Shown in pieces: positions 1 through 8,642 of a stretch of 64,000 nucleotides of DNA. How positions within the stretch are numbered: position 1 is the stretch's first letter; each line of letters opens with the position of its first letter. The position numbers and the translations under genes are program-made. Under the pieces are notes generated by a model that was not told the origin of the DNA, searched no databases, and saw only the letters and a list, made by a program, of their open reading frames with translations. The stretch lies in assembly GCA_946965045.2 (NCBI GenBank), contig OX337237.1, forward strand, positions 3,038,001 to 3,102,000, given 5' to 3'. The DNA comes from Epithemia pelagica. Its lineage: Eukaryota > Protista > Bacillariophyta.

Positions 1-128
1 CTCGCGGTCAATCCGTCCATGTGAATGAAACGGTGGAGTTTCATGTCGACGACGATCCACCTCAAATTCCTGTTGGACCAGTATGGTTGAAACGAGAATG
101 GTCACTCCCACGAAACCGAGAATCGTGA
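1..128 (+). CDS. 3' end of a GT61/DUF563-like glycosyltransferase paralogue (runs off window start)
   Basis: Frame 3 reads RGQSVHVNETVEFHVDDDPPQIPVGPVWLKREWSLPRNRES* (TGA 126-128), matching the C-terminal 'DDDPP' tail of the other GT61-like copies (e.g. RGQKVHVDPTTVELNLDDDPPQ at the end of 27205-29133). Confidence 0.8.
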   Translation, partial: RGQSVHVNETVEFHVDDDPPQIPVGPVWLKREWSLPRNRES

Positions 129-616
129 TTGCACTACCATCCTTGGTGAGTTCGAATTTTGGGTAGGAGCCGTTCCACACTTGTGTGTATTCGTTCCAAA
201 AGGACATTGGAACGAGGACTCTCTCTTAGGCATTCAAAACGTTTTTCTCGTCCGGGACACAGAAATGAGTCCGTCCTCCAGCACAGTCGTGACTACCTAG
301 ATGTTTGATTGAGTATGCGTCTACGACACATCTGGATCCGTCCATCTTCGCATCTAGAATAGAGTCTTTTGTTGCTAATAGAGGGGGGGAAAGTAGACAA
401 CAGAATCGCAATGAGCTCTGGATATTTGTTTTTGTGGTATCGGATTCCCGAATGACCGCCATGCGCGCACCTCATCCGTTGGAATTGTCAGGTGCGGGGC
501 AATTGTTTAGTTCAGAACACTACTCGAGCCCCCATAATCCAAACCCACACAAAGCAGACCCCCAAATCGACAGACCTTTTTTTGTCTCCTCCAAAGCAAC
601 CATAGCGAGAGCAATA

Positions 617-840
617 TGTTGGAAGTTCCCCGTTGCCGCCCGGTGCATTCGGAACCTGGGGGGAAACTCCACGTGCGTATGGACACACGTCACCATACGA
701 CACTTCCCAACTGACGCCCCTACTGCGTCAGCACATACACACCCATAGCGTAACATGACCATACCCTTATAATTTACTCAATCCCCTTTTACGAAACTAG
801 TTGGCCCTTTTAATCGGCAGTGACCACGGTTAAAACAACA
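617..840 (+). repeat. 5' LTR (224 bp)
   Basis: TGTTGGAAGTTCCCC...TAAAACAACA; no difference from 26935-27158 found by eye. Confidence 0.97.
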
Positions 841-857
841 CGCTTCCTCTGCGCGAC
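839..857 (+). promoter_or_regulatory. Putative primer-binding site complementary to the D-arm of initiator tRNA-Met
   Basis: CACGCTTCCTCTGCGCGAC; its reverse complement GUCGCGCAGAGGAAGCGUG matches the conserved eukaryotic tRNAiMet segment GUGGCGCAGYGGAAGCGYG at all but about 2 positions. No TGGTATCA-type 3'-end PBS is present. Confidence 0.55.
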
Positions 858-926
858 AACTGTGACCTTTCATAAGAAAAACTCACCGATTTGTGCCGTG
901 AACTACTTTCAGGAGAGCAAGAGAAC

Positions 927-2279
927 ATGGGAGACGCAGCTGGAGCAGACGCCCAAGCACTCGTTCAAGCCCTGAACAATGCATCCGCTGCGATCCAGAA
1001 CGTAATAGCGCAAGCAGCTGCCGGACCAGGAGCACCAGCTGCAGGACCGTTCCTCCGTACTCCCTTGCGATCAGGGATTGCAAACACCCTGGACTTTGGC
1101 ACGAAAGAGGGCAGGAAGTACTACGAACAGGCAACGAGATCCTTATTCTCGACCGACGAGAAGTTTGATGTAGAGCCAGGCCGGTTCCAACTATTCGTGA
1201 ATCTACTCCATACGCGGGCTCGCGACCTTGGAATGCTCGAGAACGGAGCCAACTGCATGGTAACAGTTCCGGCACCTCCAGGCGGAGTCGCACCGCCAGC
1301 TGTCAACATGATCACGGATTATGGACGCTTGACGTTGGAGGAAATCAAGGCCTACGAAACGACATTCATCGGACAGAACACTAGGAACTCGCAGAACTCC
1401 AAGATGCTTCATGACTTAATCATGAACTCACTCTTACCAACCGGCATTCAACGTATCCAAATTTGGACGAATGATACCAAGGTGAATGGGGAAGATGCAG
1501 GAGGATGCCTCTTCAAGGTCGTGATTCGCGAGAGTTACCTTGACTCTAACGCGACTGTCACTACGTTGCGACTGAACCTAACAAACCTCGATCGTTACAT
1601 CGAGACGAACGGGTCCGATATCGTCGCATTTAACGCCTACGTGCAGAGCCAAGTTGATGGATTGACATCCAGAGGACACACGTCACTAGACCTAATTGTT
1701 AACTTGTTTAAAGGCTACAAAGCCGTCAAGGACGACCGTTTTCAGGATTATATCCAAAAGATTGAAGACGGCCATGAAGACGGCTCCAATGTCATCACGA
1801 GCGCAAACGAATTGATGGTTCGCGCCGTCAACTTCTACAAGAAACAAGTGACGCGCGACGAATGGGAGCAACCAACCCAGCACCAAAAGGAGGTATTGGC
1901 CCTCCAGGCCGAGGTACTCCACCTCAAAAAGCAGTCCAGCAAGAATAACGCGGACAAGGCAAAAGGAAAAGATGGGGTCCACAAGAAAGGCACCAAAGCA
2001 AAACCGGAGAACACCAAGCAGAAACCCGAACGACCAGGATGGCTCAAAGACCACACGAAGCCGAAACAGGAAAGCCTGACAAAGTACCGCACTTGGAATG
2101 GTACCAAGTGGTACTGGTGCGATGAAGCCACAGGCGGCAAGTGTGGTGGCAAGTGGAGGACCCACAAGCCAGCCGATTGTAAAGGGTATGCGAAACCAGC
2201 ACCGAAAACGGACGCAAAAGAAGAAAAGAAGAAGAAAGAAGCTCTGAAGATGGCAGTGACGCATGAGACACTGGTCTAG
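927..2279 (+). CDS. gag: Copia Gag
   Basis: Long ORF after the LTR (first ATG 927), Lys-rich region and C-terminal zinc-knuckle-like WYWC-x7-C-x6-H-x4-C. TAG at 2277-2279, then 13 more sense codons to TGA 2319-2321. Confidence 0.85.
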   Translation: MGDAAGADAQALVQALNNASAAIQNVIAQAAAGPGAPAAGPFLRTPLRSGIANTLDFGTKEGRKYYEQATRSLFSTDEKFDVEPGRFQLFVNLLHTRARDLGMLENGANCMVTVPAPPGGVAPPAVNMITDYGRLTLEEIKAYETTFIGQNTRNSQNSKMLHDLIMNSLLPTGIQRIQIWTNDTKVNGEDAGGCLFKVVIRESYLDSNATVTTLRLNLTNLDRYIETNGSDIVAFNAYVQSQVDGLTSRGHTSLDLIVNLFKGYKAVKDDRFQDYIQKIEDGHEDGSNVITSANELMVRAVNFYKKQVTRDEWEQPTQHQKEVLALQAEVLHLKKQSSKNNADKAKGKDGVHKKGTKAKPENTKQKPERPGWLKDHTKPKQESLTKYRTWNGTKWYWCDEATGGKCGGKWRTHKPADCKGYAKPAPKTDAKEEKKKKEALKMAVTHETLV

Positions 2280-2321
2280 AGCATGGAGCACGAGCAGGAG
2301 GACTCTGATTACGAATCGTGA

Positions 2322-3586
2322 CTCCTATGGAGAGGGTGGAAAACAGTAACAACGTTAGTAACTCTGATCTTGTACATGTACACCACTCTCTCCCTCGAAG
2401 AAATAATCACTTACCTGTGGTTATGGACCCTTGTCCAGCTCCTCCAACGAATGACAACCATGATAGAAGCAGCGATAAAGCTCATCATAGTCGTTCTCCA
2501 CCAGGAGAAGGAACACAAGTCGACGACGAATAAGAAGGATTGGGTGCACCAAGTCATCACGATGACCAATGAGACAGTCGAAAGCATGGCAAACTGGGCA
2601 GACACGAAACTCCTGGACACGAAACAGAGGAGGAAAGTGAGACCATGGCGAACGAGAAGGACGCAAAAGATGGTATGCAGCGCTGCAATCATGGCCATGG
2701 CAGCCAGATGCGCCGCGGCAACCAACTGTCACCCATTCGACTCGGACTCAACGATGATTGGCATCGACAACAGGTGTTCGGGTTGCATCACCCACGTTCG
2801 AAGCGACATACCTGGAACCTTGAAACAGTGCAACAAGGCAATCAAAGGTTTCGGAGGTGCGAAGGCTTATGAAGTATGGACGGGCACCATTCATTGGGAC
2901 TGGGAGGATGACCAAGGGAAGATCCACACAATGGTGATTCCCAACTCGTACTATGTCCCAGAAGGTAAAGTCCGACTACTGAGCCCGCAACACTGGGCGC
3001 AGACTCGGAAAAACAGTGAAAAGCGCGGAGGGGCGGGCGAAATGACCACAGGCACAGAAGTAGTACTATTCTGGAACGACCGTCAGTCACGAAGGACGAT
3101 CCCAATAGATACACACGGCAATAATGTGGCTACGTTCCATCTGGGGAGTGGGTACAAACAGTACCATGCCTACTGTAAAGAATGTGGGACTGAGCGCGAC
3201 CGCGACTATGACAAAGACCCATTACTACAGCATCAAACCATGCCGTCAATGGTGGTATCCGATGACGAGGGAGACGACGACGAAACGATCTACCCGATCC
3301 AAGCCCAACAATGGCACCAAGCCATACCAAAACCGACGGCAGAGGCAACGCCGGACGCAGCAACCCAACAAACGGACGAAGCAGAGCCTCGCAAGTTCGA
3401 CTTCGATCTGGATGGGAAGACCGCCGACGACGAAATTCCACCGCCAGACATCATCCCACATGAGGAGGAAGAACGACCAACGGCGGAAGCAGAGTTGCTC
3501 AGGTACCACTACGACTTTGGGCACCTGCCATTCGCCAAACTACAACAAATGGCAAAGGACGGAATACTGCCGAAACGACTGGCGAA
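2322..3586 (+). CDS. pol: Copia Pol, 5' part: hydrophobic leader, aspartic protease, first half of integrase zinc finger
   Basis: Same frame as gag; protease motif IGIDNRCSGCIT...LLSPQHW; ends LLRYHYDFGHLPFAKLQQMAKDGILPKRLA at the insertion junction. Confidence 0.85.
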
Positions 3587-3601
3587 CATCTAAGGAGGGA
3601 A
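3587..3601 (+). repeat. Left terminal inverted repeat (15 bp)
   Basis: CATCTAAGGAGGGAA, one mismatch to the right TIR. Confidence 0.92.
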
Positions 3602-4290
3602 ATGGGCCCTGGCGCTTGATTTCCACCCCCAAAAGCAAATTTCTAGAAAAAATTCGCCGAATTAAAATTTTTTATGCGCAGTTTATTTTTATATGCGCAG
3701 TTTTTAACTATAATCCTGCTTTCCCAACTTAATCTGCAAATCTAGGTCTAACAATGCACATTTCTCTAGCTAGTTCTAGATATCGAGCTAACTATCACGC
3801 GCATGCAACAATTTTAATGCGCACAAGCCCGCGATCAAACCACGAATAACGCGCGCCACACTCCGATAATGCGCACTACAACTATCTGGCGCGCTCGACC
3901 CCCCCGAGACGCGCATGACGCAACCCTCATGCGCAAGCGTCTGTCCCCTCACCTTTGAATCACGAATTTCCACTCCCACCACATCACACAGCAGCTGCCA
4001 GAAAGACTGACGCACATGGATGTCCCAAAGAATGTCTCAGATGGATCCTCCTTCCCAATCACCCAAACCGCGGGGATTACCAACTCGACACTTTGATCCA
4101 TCAAACAAAACCGAACAACCTAGCATACTAGTCATTCAACAATCAACGACCACCAGAATCGATGCTCATTCATCTCCCTCCACCTCCACCCAACACACCA
4201 CAACAAACAACAACAGCAGCAGCAGCAACAACAGCAATCGATCACCCAACGCTATCGAGATTCCCCTGTTCAATCCCATTATCTATCCAG

Positions 4291-4880
4291 CTTCTTTCAT
4301 CAACCTAACAGCTCTGCCATTCCAATCACGCTACAATTAAAGCGGCTTGGGGCATCTGTCTGATTGTTGCTTGGTTCCTTTTCAGCCACCTTTTTGTTGC
4401 TTGCTTTCTCTCTGCCAAGATTCCCTTTTCAATCCTTTCACCTATCCAACTTCTTTCATCAACCTAACAGCTCTGCCATTCCAATCACGCTACAATTGAA
4501 GCGGCTTGGGGCATCTGTCTGATTGTTGCTTGGTTCCTTTTCAGCCACCTTTTTGTTGCTTGCTTTCTCTCTGCCGAGATTCCCTTTTCAATCCTTTCAC
4601 CTATCCAACTTCTTTCATCAACCTAACAGCTCTGCCATTCCAATCACGCTACAATTAAAGCGGCTTGGGGCATCTGTCTGATTGTTGCTTGGTTCCTTTT
4701 CAGCCACCTTTTTGTTGCTTGCTTTCTCTCTGCCAAGATTCCCTTTTCAATCCTTTCACCTATCCAACTTCTTTCACCAACCTAACAGCTCTGCCATTCC
4801 AATCACGCTACAATTAAAGCGGCTTGGGTCATCTGTCTGATTGTTGCTTGGTTCCTTTTCAGCCACCTTTTTGTCGCTTG
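4291..4880 (+). repeat. 159-bp tandem repeat, ~3.7 near-identical units, followed by three shorter degenerate cores (~4988-5310)
   Basis: CTTCTTTCA(T/C)CAACCTAACAG recurs at 4291, 4450, 4609 and 4768 (period 159). Confidence 0.93.
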
Positions 4881-5743
4881 CTTCCTCTTCAGCCACCTTC
4901 ACTCCAAAACCACTGCACCAGAAGAAGAGGAAGAGGAACTCAAGCACGGCCAGAGCATTCGAGACATTGACACTTGCACTATCTTGCAGCTCTGCCATTC
5001 CAATCACGCTACAACTAAAGCGGCTTGGGGCATCTGTCTGATTGTTGCTTGCTTCCTTTCAACCACGACCTTCACTCCAAAACCGCTACAACAGGAAAAC
5101 AAGAAGAAGAGAAACCCAAGAAGAAGAACGACCACCAGAGCATTCGAAATATTGTCGACATTTGTCCTATCTTTGACACTTGCACTATCTTGCAGCTCTG
5201 TCATTCCAATCACCACGCTACAATTAAAGCGGCTTGGGGCATCTGTCTGATTGTTGCTTGTTTCACTCAGCTCTGTCCTTCATTCCAATCACGCTATTAC
5301 AATTAAAGCGGTTTCGGGCTATCTGTTAGATTGTTTATCAAGAACCCTCCTGTCCTCGTGATACTCCGACTTGAATAGAACAGACCCAAAGCAAGCAGTG
5401 TGACACGGTGGTAGCCAGTTGCTTCTGTTCTATTCTTGTCGCGAGATTGCTTGGACAACCAACCAACCCCTGGTTTTGGAGTAGCAAATTCTGGCACCGA
5501 TTGTTGGATCACAACGAACAAGACGCTACACATAAAGCGCATCGTAGTGTATTCCTTCGATTTGGTTGTTGTTTTGTTACCACCAGAGTTCAGGACAAAA
5601 CCAAAGACGCTACACAATTCAGCGCACATTTTTTACTGTTTAGACAAGTACACAAGGTTGTCTCAAAGACGCTACAATTAAAGCGCTTCCTCGACTACCC
5701 TTGTTGTTGTTGTTGTTGAAACAAAGACGCTACACAAAAAGCG
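4329..5743. promoter_or_regulatory. Array of 11 dyad sites CGCT-N8(9,11)-AGCG ending 18 bp before the ATG at 5762
   Basis: Dyads start at 4329, 4488, 4647, 4806, 5007, 5216, 5292 (N11), 5524, 5608 (N9), 5670 and 5728. The regulatory role is inference. Confidence 0.6.
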
Positions 5744-5761
5744 CATCGTGACAAGTACAAA

Positions 5762-8642
5762 ATGGCGGGCAACCGCATCAAGGGCCCTCGCTACAAAAAG
5801 CCACCGACCGCCAAGAATCCTGGTGACCCTTCTTCAATGAATGATGAAGTGCGAAACAAAAGAAAGGACGTGTCGACTATGACTGTTTCTGGTACCAATC
5901 ATACACTTCGAACACACACAAGCGAGGAATCTCACTACACTGGTATTATGCCCATTACATACGAAAGTGTCCTCAATTGGTATGAAAGTGTTTTCCAAGA
6001 CAAATCAGGAAAATGGACAACAGTGGAGGTACCACATGACGGCCATTATGTGAAGATATTCCTACCAATCTGTTATTCGCCTGCATTCCAAGATATCATC
6101 TGTCACTCCGTTTTCTGTTTCACAAGAATTAAGAACGAGATGGATGATGATGACAAGTTGACTCCAATGGTTGCTCGACTGTTGTTCAAAAAGACTCTCT
6201 ACAGTCCTGTTTCCAATATTTGGAATCAGGTGTTTGGGACGACAGTGATAGACAGTGCTGAGAATCTGAGACAAACCATTATCAGATTTCTTTCCTCTCA
6301 TGGCCTAGTCTCTAAGAAGACACGCAAGGGGATCGGTGGGATTGGAGAAGCATTGAAACGATACCTTCTAGATGATTCCTCCCTTTACAGGAAACCGCGT
6401 CTCGTACCTGTTGGTAAAATCGCATGGGTTATCGAACATATGGTGGCCATACACCGTTTCATCTCAGAATCGACATCTGACGAGAACATGGGCGTGATTT
6501 CCAATATCCAAATGGAGAAAGCACTATTGTATACGATGCCTGACACATGGTTCAAGATGTACCTTGAAGAAAGAGATTCTTTGGTACAATATGGAAGAAA
6601 CGGAGACGATGGCGGTATGTTCTACGATCTACTGCATTATATAGAAAAACAAGAGTTACTGTCTGCCAGGAAATCGAAAGAAATTGCCGTGCAACGTCGG
6701 AGTACAGACTCGCCGGCAAAAAAGAGACAGAAGGTCGTCACTGGTAATGATCCTACTGACGAGAGAAAGGAACAAGTACTACCAACTTCCATTACAACGT
6801 CGAACCAAGTCGCCCTCAAATCAGACCGTGTGGAAGAGGTCAGGAAGATTATAAGCGACGACGATGAAAAAACTGCAGACAACGAGGTAAGATGTTCGAG
6901 CGACTTGCCAAGAATTGAGAAGGATTAGACAATCTCAAAAATGATTGATCTCTTTGTCTTAGAGACGTTGTGCTCCCATAAACAAGGGAAATGAGGAGAC
7001 AGGTGATGGTGTGGTACCACCGCCTTTTATTGAAATTCCACACGTACTTGATCCTATAGTAAACCAGAAGAGAAGAAAAGACTCATGGGACTCGAATGAA
7101 TCCATCGACGACATTGGTGACGGTTACTTAGACAAGTTCGCGGAAAAACAAGCTAACAGAAACAACGAGAACATCAAGTCGGCCATGAAGCTAGCAACCC
7201 AGTATGCTAATAGTATGGGGAAGGACAACACACATGTCGAAATCAAGACATTATTTAGATGCACACTATGCATGTCTTACAGTGGGTTGATGAATGACCA
7301 GGACCCTACAACGCGTGTTTTGCATATCCCACATAGACATCGTCGGAGAGATCTTTGCTACAACACTTCAAGGACGGGCATGCCGATTGAGTCTTTCTAT
7401 ACTTGTTTGAAATTGATGGTCCATCACAACCATCAGAACCTAGTATATGTTGACAAAGTAACATTTGATGAAGCGAACAGGAACCCATTTCCTAAGAAAA
7501 TTCCTATGTCATCATGGAGACAACAGGATCCGAACACACTGATATTGGCGATCATTGCCTTGACAACAGCAACTGATGTCAGCGACCCAGCTTTATTGGC
7601 TTTCGAAATCGACAAAAAGATACTTCATATCTACGAACCAATAAATAATCGATCAGACCAATACTGGGAAGGAACAACGCGTCATGTACTACGGAAATGG
7701 GACCTGGTCAATACGTCAAAAGGTGCCCCGCCTGTCAGTCTATGTTATGACCCATCATTAGTGGAAGAAGATGAAACAACACATGATACAAACAACGAAT
7801 GTAACAAGTGGCGATATCGCATTGTGAAAATGCCAGAACCTAAGAAGGATACTCCAAAGCCAATGCCACAGGCTATTGTGATCAGAATGCTTGGAAACAT
7901 AATGAGTAGTCGACCAAACCCGGGTCGGAAAGAAGGTCAGATAGACAAGAGTATGACGATATCCAATTGTTTTTCGAGTAATCAAATACGGTACAATAAT
8001 GAATTTTCGAGAGGACTAGAGCATGCTGTTGGTGGCAATTCGATCCCTCTTTTGGTGTTGGGACCTGACAATTTCGATGGTAACAGCGACGACGATCCCG
8101 TTGAAGTGGGGTTTTCACGTGATACCGATAAATACGAATACAAGGAGAACGTCGATCTATCTGATGGTGGGTGTTCAGAGACGTGGACTACGGATGGTGA
8201 CATATTGTTCATACCGTGCCCGAAGGTGGGTTTAGAACCCAAGGAGGTGTTACTTGACTCCAAACTTTCCAAGAGAGATATAAATCGATTGCTACCGACC
8301 GTTGTATATTGTCCAGATTCTTGCGTATGCTGTAACAGGGCATTGAAAACAGATACAGACAGCGAAGTCTGTACCTTCATCCCATGTGGACATCTGGTTC
8401 ACGGAAATTGCTTACGAATACAGTTCAAGTATCATAATGTATGGTGTCCCCAGTGTGGACAAAAGATCAAGAGTAACATACACATGTTTGGTGCGGAGAA
8501 GATAGAGGGACACAAGAAAACAGCGGAAGACACTACAACTACGAGCGAGGGATCCCCTGAAGAGGGACAAAGGAAAACAGTCAAAGACACTACAACTACG
8601 ATTGAGGGACGCCCTGAAGAATCATCAAAAAATCACCTGTGA
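5762..8642 (+). CDS. Cargo gene A, 5' part: exons 5762-6886 and 6963-8642; unknown N-terminus, possible degenerate Ulp1-like fold, RING-H2
   Basis: A 76-bp phase-0 intron GTAAGA...TCTTTGTCTTAG (6887-6962) joins ORF 5762 in frame to ORF 7011 without stops. RING-H2 C-x2-C...CGH-x2-H-x2-C...CPQC at 8322-8456. Confidence 0.7.

Noticed and set aside
305-762. ORFs crossing the LTRs (305-748, 520-762, 26838-27080)
   Set aside because: They span insertion junctions or are the same antisense LTR frame twice; no homology signal.
4291-5310. 159-bp array as a CRISPR array or a 53-aa coding repeat
   Set aside because: Whole units are near-identical with no unique spacers, there are no cas genes and the context is eukaryotic. 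The reading frames I checked hit a stop in every unit (e.g. ...SRYN*, ...ELLG*).
8639-8642. GTGA start/stop overlap as prokaryotic translational coupling or a bacterial operon
   Set aside because: Neighbouring genes have spliceosomal introns and there is no Shine-Dalgarno sequence. GTG, TTG and CTG starts in the ORF track are artefacts for a eukaryote.
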